Shown piece after piece: positions 1-12,629 of a DNA stretch of 64,000 bases (positions are counted from its first letter, which is position 1; each line of letters begins with the position of its first letter). Origin of the DNA: Paraspadella gotoi (taxonomy: Eukaryota > Animalia > Chaetognatha). The stretch covers positions 2,104,481-2,168,480 of the forward strand of contig CM119264.1 of NCBI GenBank assembly GCA_051294375.1. The letters run 5' to 3'. The notes under the pieces are model-generated. The model was not told the origin of the DNA and ran no database searches. It saw nothing but the letters and a program-made list of their open reading frames with translations. A program made the translations under genes and the position numbers.

Positions 1-102
1 ATGCGAGCAAATGAGAAAAAAAAACGCCCAAACACTTTGAGGCCAAAAAGAACCTTTTTCGAATTGCAAACAAAAATGGCTTTTCTCTCTCTCTCACTCC
101 TC

Positions 103-187
<85 letters not shown>

Positions 188-322
188 AAGTCAAGAAACG
201 AAAGAATAAATTCCAGAATTTCAAATAATTTATAAAATAAAAGAAAACAATTTCACGCCTAAACATTCCATTGCCCCGTCGTTCGTAATTTTTTTTTAAC
301 CGTAACTCATTCGCCATTGTTC
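1..322. repeat. Near-identical copy of 11532-11850 (probable assembly duplication)
   Basis: Same sequence including the (CT)n tract, differing mainly by small indels; the second copy abuts the N gap at 11889-11913. Confidence 0.75.
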
Positions 323-542
323 TTTTCCCCTTTCCTTTCCTTTCCTTTCCTTCTTCCTTTCCTTTCCTCCTTCCTTCTTTCCTTCCTTTCCTTTCCTTTC
401 CTTTCCTTTCTTTCACTTTCCTTTCCTCCCTTCTTCATTATTTAACTCTTTCCTTCCCTTTCCTTCGTTCCTCCCTTATCCTTTCCTCCCTTTCTTCATT
501 ATTTTAACTCTTTCCTCTCTTTTCTTCCTCCCTCCTTTCCAG

Positions 543-1451
543 ATACTTCGAACGAGGAAGCGTCCGGGCGACGAGGACACGAGCCTCGACATAAAGATGT
601 GTCGAAAGCGACGACGCCTCGTCGCTGGAGGCGAAATGAAGCCGACCATCTGGACATTCCACTCGATAGCTACATCGAAGGACCAGGTTGAGAGTCAAAG
701 TGTTCTGTCAAGAATCAAACTTTATGTGAAAATTTATCAGCGGACTTTTTACTTTGTGGAGGATTCGTGGTGAATGTTGAGTTAGGATGGGAAAAAGAAA
801 TGAGTAAAGAGGAAAAGGAAAAGAAAAGAAAAGAAAAGAAAAGAAAAGAAGGAAAGAAAAAAAAAAAAGAAAAAGAAAAAAAAGAAAAGAAAGAGAAAGA
901 AAGAAAAGAAAAGAAAGAAAAGCAAAAGAAGTGAATAGGAAAGTTTAAAAAGACTTGAAAGAAATAAAAGTTACGTTCTTTTTTTAATTTAATATTTGAT
1001 TTATTTAAATTTATTAATAAAAACAAACAATTAGTATCGCTGGCCTAAAATCCAAATACTGAACTAGATACTTGAAAAATCACTCGTCCAATTGTCTTTC
1101 CTACCAGTTTTCTACCTCACAATGACTTAAATTAAATAAATCGTAAACAATTTGATCAAATCAAATCAATAAATCTCGACCTTCCCTCCTCCTCCTCCTC
1201 CTCCCTTCCTCCTCTCCAATTCAGACTCCGCGAACGAATCAAGACGCCTCGCGGGTCCGCCGACACTTTCCATCCCCTCATCTTACCGGAAGGCGTCGGT
1301 TCCGTCGCCGGGAGCCTCTCGACGATCCATCCAGCTCCTTCCGGGGATTTCGACTTCGACGACTCCGCAATTGGGGCCCCTGGTTCACCAAACTGGCGGG
1401 GGAATGTACAGCGGATGCGACGACGAAGAGGATGTGGCGGCGAGAGGATAG
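543..1451 (+). CDS. Probable last two coding exons (543-686, 1225-1451) of an unidentified gene that starts before the window
   Basis: Two GC-rich blocks with ttccAG/ttcAG acceptors, a GTTGAG donor and compatible phase 1-1. Open frame ..TSNEEASGRRGHEP..YIEGP/DSANESRR..DVAARG ends at TAG 1449-1451. No recognisable domain. Confidence 0.45.
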
Positions 1452-4400
1452 ATATCAGAGGGACAGTCGCGAGGGTGTGAGAGAGGGGAGAGGGGGGGGA
1501 GGTGAGAGATGCAGAGGATTAGAATGAATAGAGGAGAGAATAGGAGATAGGGTGGAGCAGAGAAAGCAGTAGAGGAGCAATCTGCGATCTGGTTGTCGGA
1601 ATTGAGATTCTGATGGATTCATGATGGGAGAAGTGATAAAGAGGAGGAGGATGGATAGGAGTGAGATCGGACGGCAGGCTGTCCGGCTTGATAATGAAAA
1701 CAAACAATAATAAACCAAATGAAGAAGGTGAACTCAGTCAAACTCACGTTTGATTTCCTCTCCTTTATCGCCCTTCATTACAAACATCCAGCCCCATATT
1801 TTTACAAAACTCCTCTTCCATCAAAGATATAGACATTTCCCTCATGACCGCTTCCATTCTCTTCCCATTTCTCTTCATATTATCCGATTTGATACATTCC
1901 CTTTCCACTCCAATCCCAAATTCCAACTTTTTGGCCCAATTTGCCCAAGACCCAATCTCCCTTTATGCCCTTTTTGCCCAATGCCTACTTTCATACAAAA
2001 AAAAAATTCGTCAACATTAACAAAATGCAATTTTGGGTTGTTTTCGTTTTTTAAAGCTTTTATATTTTTTCTTTTCCGTTCGATCACTGGATATCATCTG
2101 TACTCTTTGTTTTTAAATTGTTTCTGTAGAATCGTTTAGACCTTTAATTGTTTTTCTGCCTTATTTAATTTTATATAATGGCGTCATGTACAAAAAGAAT
2201 CATTATGTTTTAGCTTAATCTTCATTGCATTGAAGATTTGATAATTTCGAATATCTATTGTAAATATTTTATATTTGTAACGTTTTTTTACGCGAAATAC
2301 AGTCACTCAAATGAGAGCGTCTTTTTTTCTAGCCTCTCTTCTTCTCTCTCTCTTCTCTCTCTCTCTCTCTCTCTCTCTCAATCTGTTTCTCTTTCTCTCT
2401 CTCCTTTCTTGCTTTCCTCCTCTCTCCTCGTGTCATCCGAAAAAAAAAGATATGAGGTCACTGAATATTTTATGAAGCGCGAGACAAAGAAAAAGCTAAT
2501 ATTCCCGCAAACCCCCCACCCCCCAACGCCCAATCCCCCAAACCAACAACCATATCGTTATCTCTTCTTCCCCCCTCTTCTCTGAGAACCTTATAAAACC
2601 CCTTCTAAACCCCAGCCCCTTCACAGGTCTCCCTTTATTTACACCCCGTCTCCCCAATCATTTCACACTCGGCACGCCCACCATCCTCCGCCAATCACAA
2701 TCCACTTCCTGGTTCGCTCGAATCTCGCGACCCAGAATCCGAGACAAGGATCCAATAATTCCACACCGGGCGGCGCCGTTCCTCAAGGCCACCGAGGGAC
2801 GCTCCAGACGGCCTCTTAGCGATGTCGCCGGTCGAATGGCGCCTTCCGCGTCGCCTGGTGGCGCCGCGCCCCGGTGGCGCGTTACGGCGGCGCACGCACG
2901 GAAAAAGAGTTACAAGTATAATTAGGGCGGACACAACGATTGCGGACCGGCCGACGTTCTTGTGGGTGCGAACACTCGCCGGGCGGCATAGCCGGGCCGC
3001 GGAGTGGATCCCACGTGCGCTTAGACTTCCGGCCGGCGTTGCGGCACGCACGACGAGACTTCCGGCTCGTGCACGAGACACTCAAACGAGATGCAGCATG
3101 AAATGCGAATGCGAATGATTAACGCTCAAGGGCACGACGAAGACGACGACGATGAGGACGACGACGGACGACGACGACGACGACGACGAGACGATCTTTG
3201 AGTAAATTGAAGATATATAAGAAGGTCGAACCAAAAAATAAAGGAGAAAATAAACAAAAGAAAAGAGAAGAGAAAAGAAAGAACGAGATCGTGAGATTTG
3301 TATTTTTGAATAATAGTCGAGGTAGCCATTGCCTCCGGTTCACCCCCGCCAATAGACCTTCGCTGTCCTGGTCCTGACCCAGTAGCCCCATTTTGTTAAG
3401 CATCACTGATGGCTATCATAATGATATTTTCAGCTCATGAACCTCGGAAAAAGATGTCAATCAAAAATGTCGTGGGTAAACTCCCAAGCCAAGGACCCTA
3501 TTTCCTTTTTGTAACATGAAAAAAATGTATTCTTAATGTAATTACTTGTTCAGCAGCTGGGTGTGTTGTATATCAAGAATATTTTGAACTATTGGTACGT
3601 TAATTGCACACATAAACATCCGCAAATTGGATTTGTTATTCTTTTCCTTCGATTATTTTTGACAAATTATATCGAATATGTCATATTAAATTAGTCATAT
3701 ATGTAAATAAACTTCCACTTAGTTTGATAGAAACCGAAGCTCAGAAGAATCCAAAATAATTTGTCTTAATTAATATTCAAAGTAATATATCCGGGTTTCA
3801 TTGTGTGATAACATTTAGTAAATTAACCTTTGTTTATCTCATATCTTATGTTTCAATCCATTTTCGCCCTCTCTCGTTCTCTCTACAACTCCTTCCTCCT
3901 CCTCCTCCTTCCTTCGACATTCGAGTCGGACATCGACAGTGTGCAACAGCTTGATCCGCTTTGTGTGTTCCTCAGCCCTTCATCCTCTTCCGTCTTCCTT
4001 TGACGGCGAATGCCACATCCATGCATTTCGATGGCCATTCCGATGCCATCGAGTCTTGTCGATGGCGGAAGCCAGGAAATCCGCTGCCAATCGTTCGTCA
4101 ATGGAATGACCACCGTCGTTTTTGAGTCCCGACGGCGACAAAAAACCCCCGTCCGGTTTACATTCCTCTTAAATCATTACTTTAGATCGCCCCTATTTTT
4201 TTTATATATTCCTTGACTGCTAAAATTTTTTGACCTCAAAACAAACAAAAACCTTACATTATTAGTTATTATTTTGCTCATTATTTTTAAACTGAAGAAA
4301 ATCATTAAATTTATCAATATTTATACTGTCATTTTGTGAAGATTCATTTTAAAAAATTCTAAAATCATGATTCATAAAGGTAATTGTTAGTTGCGTCTTT

Positions 4401-7221
4401 GTATACAATTACAAATTACAAATACAATTACGCACTTTTATACTTTTATAACCGCTCACGTTTCTAAAGTTATGAACTCAAGCATGTTCCTCTTCTTTTT
4501 GTTTTTTCATATTATTGCTACTTTAATGTTAATATTCGTAGGTTAAACAATTCTACCTCCTTGAGTGGTGTATCTTTAATCTGTAACATCTGTAAACATT
4601 GTACTTCTTCGTCAGTGCGAATGTAGTTACGGAATGATGTTTTGATGTTCCGAGAGCAAAAAATATAATCTATAACTTATAGTATACGTAGTGGTTTTCT
4701 GATGTAAATGAGAATCTTGCTCTAAATTTTTTAGTATGTTTATAAGAAGATGCTGAACTGAATTTAACTGTGAATAAAGAAAAAAATAGTCTCAGGATAA
4801 TATATGAAGGATTGAAAATGAGGAAGAGCCGATGCACGTCAGCTGAAGAAGAAGAAGAAGAAGAAGAAGAAGAAGACGCCGACTTTAAGAGTGTTTTGAG
4901 GTAGCACCATGATTACGTCAGGGACACCATGGATGGCTCATGGGGTAAGTTCACTATTGAATTAGAGATTAGCGAAGATTTATTTAATCATTGAATATTG
5001 AAAATTTAATTACTGCGTTTCTTTAGCCAATGAATACCATGTGACTATTGATAAATTCATTCTAGTAGAAGGTCGAAAAATATATTTTTAAAAGTTGACA
5101 TTTTCGTATTTGTGGTTTAGGGATTTGTTTATCTGGTTTCTTTGTTGAAAAAAGATCACTATTGAATCATTGCATGAATCATCTGATAATCGAGGTCTTC
5201 GAATTAAAAACAATCTCCAGAGTTAAACGCTCAGTGACATTTTGTAAATATTAATTTACTATATTTTCTTTTATCAACGAGGATATTTTAAAATTTTTTT
5301 TTCAATGACTCCCTAGAATATTAAAAATGACCTAAAAATGGTTTGAAAGAGGGTAGCGAAGAAAGGAGTTAATATAGAATGATCTAATCTGTCTAAACGT
5401 CTAAATTTACTTCACATACGATAAATATATTAATGCTTTTACACGAAGATTCTTGTTATCTCGTTACTGATAAAGTATTAATCATTTAAACCATCTTAAA
5501 ACGGCAGGTATTTCCTTTTAAAATTCGAATTCACAAACTGATATATGAGTCATTGAGTAAAAATTATGGGAAGTTTGCTTATTTGGGAGGTTTCTCCATG
5601 GTCCATAGCCATGCAGTCTTGCACTATAAGTATAAAAATATTTTTTTTACAATTGGAATCTGTATATCAAGTTTTACCTTTTACTCACAATTGGATTTTC
5701 CAATGTTTACTGACAAAACCGGTATTTTATAAATTTAACTGCTTTTTTTAATACCCGTGTTAAAATCAGAGTGTCCTGTCCTCTCATATTCCGATTATCG
5801 TTACTCGAACAAGATCGGCGACCTTCCCCACTAGCGGGCCGTGGTGAATTCGATCGGCCAGCGGGAACGATTTCTGTCCTCACGATCGAAAGTCGATGGC
5901 GAAACTTAAAATCAATCGTTTTTGCACTTGAAATTAAAAAACTTGAAGAGACTGCAGACTCGTTCTCTTCGCCAAGCTGACTTGTCTTTCGACTCATAGC
6001 AAAGTAGTCAAATTATAGTGATTATATCGATTAATCGACCCAATTTTGACATTTGAAAAAAACCTCCCCATACTATTTCTTTTCATAACAAAACGATGTT
6101 ATTTCTCGTTCGAAAAACGAGTTTGTTCTCGAGTTGCGAGACAAATTTGGGGTTTACGACACGAGACTGTTTCGCGAGATTGACGGAGCTCCGTCGTTCA
6201 CGCGCGATAAATGATTCATTATCTTTTGCCTGGCAAGACGACAAATCCAATAACAAGTCCACCTCGAAAAAAAATGTCAGAATGTGTTGCCTTTTTTTCG
6301 CCGAAAATCTAATGGGAATATCAGTGGAATGTCTTTCATTTTTGGTTAGGTTATATTTGTCTGAAAAAAAAAATTCCGGTACAAAAAAAATAAGTCTCTT
6401 TAAATTCATTTACATTCTACACTCTACAGTATTTGGTTACATTTAATAATACGATTCTTAATCTAAAATTTCAAATCTTGCTTATAAAAATAATTCAAGA
6501 GAAATGTTATGAAAAATTAAACTGAGATTCCAAGGCATTCCTCCGACCACCGCTTTGTCTTTACCGGTTTTTTTTTTCCTAATCCCCTAAAGATTATTCA
6601 TAATTTGCAAAATCTCTCGCTTTGCTCTAAATACCACCAAGCGGGATTTAAACATTCTGGCCAAAATTAATATTTGATTTTAAAATGGTTTTCGGAACAA
6701 AATCTGATTCGTAACTTACAGTTAATTTTCCTTAATAATATCGATACGACGTTCATATTTTTCTGCCCATAAGTGTTATTCTCTTATTTATTTTTTTTCA
6801 TCGAAATTTGAAAGTTTAATTACTTGGGATGCGTGCCAAAGACGCCAAGCAAGCGAAAATGATCCTTCCCTTTGGCTTCTGCCCACTTTACCGCTTCAGC
6901 AAAAAAAATTTTCGAAGAGAGGAATTCGAATAAAAACAACTTTTTTTCGTAATCATCCAGTTTTTTTTTTTTTTTTTTTTTTGGTTCACCTTGAAAACTC
7001 GTCCTCAAGTTTTTTATATCACTTAAAAACTAAAAATTGCCCGCGCGATTTTTTTTTCTTTTTTTAATTAGAGTTAGTTTTGTACTTATTAAATTCCTTA
7101 ACATCGCTTATTCCCTTTCGTTTTCTACCTCTCTTGTAACCTTATCTACCTTTTCGCCTTTTTTCTTAACGCGCCTGGCCTTCCTCTTGCTTCTTTACTG
7201 TTTTCCCACTTCTCTTGCTCA

Positions 7222-7798
7222 CTTAACTTTCTCTTTTTGTCTTTCCCACTTTTAAACTCTTTTTGTCCCTTAATTACTCTTTTGTTTTTCCACTTTAAAC
7301 TTCTCTTTTTGTCTTTCCCACTTTTTAAACTTCTCTTTTTGTCTTTCCCCCCTTTTAAAACTTCTCTTTTTGTCTTTCCCACTTTTAAACTTCTCTTTTT
7401 GTCTTTCCCACTTTTAAACTTCTTTTTTGTCTTTTCCCCTTTTAAACTTCTCTTTTGTCTTTCCCCACTTTTAAACTTCTCTTTTTGTCTTTCCCACTTT
7501 TTAAACTTCTCTTTTTGTCTTTCCCCCTTTTAAATCTACTCTTTTTGTCTTTCCCACTTTTTAAACTTCTCTTTTTGTCTTTTCCCACTTTTTAAACTTC
7601 TCTTTTTGTCTTTCCCACTTTTAAACTTCTCTTTTGTCTTTCCCCCTCTTTTAAACTTCTCTTTTTGTCTTTCCACTTTAAACTTCTCTTTTTGTCTTCC
7701 CCCTTTTAAACTTCTCTTTTGTCTTCCCACTTTTAAACTTCTCTCTTTTTGTCTTTCCCACTTTTTAAACTTCTCTTTTGTCTTCCCACTTTTAAACT
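7222..7798. repeat. ~30-bp minisatellite (TTTTAAACTTCTCTTTTTGTCTTTCCCAC-like)
   Basis: Directly visible tandem units; it generates the spurious repetitive ORFs at 7146-7839. Confidence 0.9.
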
Positions 7799-8582
7799 CA
7801 TCGTCTTCTGCCGTCGAGGCGTCAGTCCTGTTGGCGTGAGCCTCTCTGTCGGTCGCTAGACACTCAGAACCGTCTCGAGATCGAGGCAGTTTACCCGGTT
7901 TTTCATTTTGTGAAAAATGAATTCAAGTGGAGATTTATATTTAGTGGAGAGCGAAACATTGATACAAAATAACTTGCGTTTTCGTTTTTCCATTTTATAA
8001 ACTTTCGTTTTCCTTAAGATATCAATTTTTTTTCTAAGTATTTTAAAAACGTTTTTTACCACGTTTTCTAATATTTAAGAGATTGATAAATAAAAAACCT
8101 CTTCTTACGTAAATCTTGAAAATACCTTAGTTCTTAGTAAATGACTAAATCTTATTCTTGTCTCGTCACTGAAAGGCTGAAGTAATCTGTAATGGCGAGA
8201 CAGAAATAAAGCTCCGGCCGACACACCGATTAAAAAAGAGAAGGGAAGGGAAAATTTGAGGTTCTCTCTCTTCTCTCTCTTCTCTCTCACACTCTCTCTC
8301 CACTTACCACTTTCAATCGTTTCGGAGTTTTGGTTGCGGTGTCCTCTCGGTTGACCACCACTCTCCTCCCTCCCTTTTCTATCTCTCTCTCTTATCCTCT
8401 CTCTTCGGTTCTTTTACTTCACTCTCTTTTCAAGCGCTCCTCATTCTGTTTCGATTTACAGGAAATTTCTCTAATCTTCTCTTCTCAGTTCACTGACTTA
8501 CTTTTTAGATCCCCGTGAAATAATTGGTAACATGATTTTCTTCAAAAGATTCACGGTTTTTTCCTCAATCATTATATTCTCT

Positions 8583-8632
<50 letters not shown>

Positions 8633-9419
8633 CCTCTCTCTCTCTCCTTCTCTCTCCTTCCTCCCCCGCCATAAAAACCTTACCCAGTCCAATCTCCTCT
8701 TCCTCACCTCTGCTCTTCCTCTTCCGCCTCAACACGTGGTCAACTCTTCCTCCTCCTCCTCTTTAGTGAATCCTCGTTCTTTTGTTCACGGACCTCGCCG
8801 CTTTTGTCCGACCTTTCCGCCTCTAGGCCGCCTCTCCACCGCCTCTCGGCCGCCGGCGGATAAGAGTCGGTCCGGCGGCCGTGAACCCCTTTCTTCCCCT
8901 TTCTCTTTCCTCTTCTCTTCTTCTTCTTCTTCTTCTTCTTCTTCTTCTCTTGCGGTCGTGATTCTCCATCATCGATGGACGATGACGAATTTTTTTCGCT
9001 CTCGACATTTTTTTTTTCTAGGTTTTTCTCTCTCGTCCTCGTTTTAATAGTTTAGTTCGTTGTTGTTTGTAGCTTCATCCTTGTCCGTTTGGCGACATAA
9101 GGAAGCGATTACTCTAAAAGCGCGCGTAATTACGTGCCGTCAGTCGTGGGAACAAGGAATTCCGAGAATCAGAAAAAAAGTTGAAAAATAGTTTTTTCTT
9201 TTTTTTTTTCTGTTTGACTCCACGTGGCCGATTACATCAGAACAAGATATTAAAAAAACAAAAAACTTCTATGACAGATTTACCTGTCGTTCTCGACTCA
9301 GAAAACTTCCTCATTAAACTTCAGTTTTTTAAATCCTAATCCGGAGCTTTGAAGCATGTGCGTACGCTGCGACCCGCGTCGACTCAAATCGAGCGAGGCT
9401 CTGTTACTGCGAATGCCAC

Positions 9420-9490
<71 letters not shown>

Positions 9491-11060
9491 AAAAAAAGGC
9501 CCGTGTGTGTTTTTTATTTCATGAATTCCTAAAGTCGGAGGGAATATTTTGATTTTTTGGGGGAAAGTTTTTGTGGATTTGTCGAGCGCCAGATTTCGCT
9601 TGTTTATTTACTCGAGCATAATTCTTGGATTCGGTTGAACAATCCAGCCTTTGTGTGAAATTAAGTTTTTTTTTCTTTCTTTCATTTGCTAAAAAATAAG
9701 CAAAAATCGTCTTAGTTTGGAGTTTTTATGGCTAATCATTAATCTATAACTAAAGTTTGTTAAGTTTTTTTTATGTACTACTTGGTAACCGGACCGCGAT
9801 AATCATAATGGGACTTTGCTTAATTGTTTTCTATTTTCTTTTTATGGATCTGGTTTTTAGTTTTGCCGCGAGTATTCGCGGAGCAACTTACGAGTCACTT
9901 TTTTGTCGGTCTGTTTCTCTTTCCTATATAAGTAAGGTTTAAATATATTTAAATTATGTTTAGAATAAACTATTTTAGTATGGATGTATTTTTTAGAGAA
10001 AGGAGGTACAAAAATTATTTTTCTGTGAATAAAAAGAACAGTCGGGTGAAGTGAATCAAAATTTAGCAGTTACATCTTGAAAATGATCATATTACTGAAT
10101 ACTAATCTATAATTTTTAAATTTTTTTATGAATATAGTAGCCCAGTCAGCTTAATTTGTATATAGTATTACCCTTATAAAATGTCAAAATTCAAAATGGT
10201 TTTTTTAATCCTTTAATTCAAATTCCCGTTAAAAGTTGAGAAAAGAAAATATAAATCTTTTTTCAAATATTATGTTATTAAGTAGGTTAAAATTATAAAA
10301 AATATATTTTAAACTGGAAATTAAAAATTGGCGTTTAAAATATAGTTTTTTATATTTTTGATGAACTTAATAAAAAAAATTTAAAAAGATTTATACTTTC
10401 TTATATCAACTATAATCCAATCAATTAATCCAAATCCGTTCTTAAAATTTTTAATAATTTTCATTATGAAATTTAGCCTATTATATCCTTATTAATATTA
10501 CTACATTTAAATATAACTCACTGTGCTCACTAATGTATAAGTTTTAGTTTTATGATGCTAAATTTTAATTTTATAAAATTTTATTATTTTCACATCACTC
10601 TAGTGAAGAGGTTTTATATAATGAAATTGGTATAACCAATACAACAATTATCCATTCATTTAATAAATAAGATATCTTTGCCCCTGACTTTGGAAAGGCT
10701 TTATATGTATTTTGTGTGACATTTTATCTCCTAAAAATAAATGATTCACTATTTTTTACAGATTTTTTTAAAAATGTAAATAACTTTAAATAAATACGCA
10801 AATGAGGTTTGAAATTGAAATAGAAGCTTATAAAAAACAAATGGTCAATCGAATAGTTAATGAGGCGCAAAAATTTTCTTTAAGAACATATCATTAAGTC
10901 ACGATAGGGAAACCTTTCTTTTTTTTCTCCGCGCGGCCGCCCTTATCATTGTGGTTTTCTTCCACTTATACTTTCGAGAACGACTACAACAACAACTTCT
11001 TTCCTCTTCGACCGACGCGAACCACTTTATTTCTCGTCGAGAGAGAGAGAGAGAGAGAGA

Positions 11061-11130
<70 letters not shown>

Positions 11131-11260
11131 ACTGTTTTTTCCGTTGAATCCAAATCTCTTTGTAGTTTTAGAGAAATCTCGGTGTTCGAAATCAGACGGT
11201 TTCATCGTTTTTACCTCTCAGACTCAAAACCACATGCTGAGTTGATTTCCCGAGAGTTTT

Positions 11261-11346
<86 letters not shown>

Positions 11347-11632
11347 CCTCGTTTTTTCCCCCTTTTTCTCTCTTTCAATTTCTCGGTGTCGATGAAAACA
11401 CAAAACAAAAAAATACGTCTTAATTTTTGCGTTAGAAAAAAAGAAGAAAATTCCATTGTTTGACATCAGAAAAAAATGAAATATCTTTGTCGCGTTTACT
11501 CGTTCGCCCGGGCGACTTAACTCCACGTCGCATGCGAGCAATGAGAAAAAAAACGCCCAAACACTTTGAGGCCAAAAAGAACCTTTTTCGAATTGCAAAC
11601 AAAAATGGCTTTTCTCTCTCTCTCACTTCCTC

Positions 11633-11707
<75 letters not shown>

Positions 11708-11847
11708 AAGTCAAGAAACGAAAGAATAAATTCGAAATTTCAAAAATAATTTACGCTTTTAAAATAAAAGAAAACAATTTCACGCCTAAACATTCCATTG
11801 CCACCGTCGTTCGTAATTTTTTTTTAACCGTAACTCATTCGCCATTG

Positions 11848-11888
<41 letters not shown>

Positions 11889-11913
11889 NNNNNNNNNNNN
11901 NNNNNNNNNNNNN

Positions 11914-11947
<34 letters not shown>

Positions 11948-12446
11948 TCGCGATTTTGAAATTCTCTCTCCGCTCGCGCGGTTTCGGAACCTCAAGGTCT
12001 CCCTCTTCTCCCAGTCTCTTGATTCGTGCGGAAGGGCGAGGCTGAACGATCCTGAGTCAGGACTCAAAAGTTCCTTCGCCTTAGAATTGATTTTCGATGA
12101 TCCTTTTTTTCATTCTTCGTCTCGTTTAATCTCGATTTCGCAACATTTACTCTTTTTTTTATTTTTTAAACGAAATCACTTTTTTCTTTTTCACCATAAA
12201 TTCTCCGGCTCATCAGGGGTTGACGACTTCACCCGCGGTCGGCCCACATCGGACCCCCACACTCCCACCCACGCCCGCCCACACACAATGATAACTCTCT
12301 CTCCTGGCTGTGTGATCGATTTCTCGCGCTTACAGAATCTCTAACGCAACAAAAGAGAGAAACTAAACAAATCGTTACTGCGTCATCAATCCGATTTTCG
12401 ATTCGCTAAGTCTCTTTTTTTGAGTCCAAACGCCGCCGCCGCCGCC

Positions 12447-12540
<94 letters not shown>

Positions 12541-12629
12541 CGGAAAAAAATAAAAAAGGAGGCTCGGAAGAGAAACTGGCGCCTCGCAACGTCTCTCCCT
12601 CGGGGAGTTTTCTCTCCGCCGCTGGTGCG

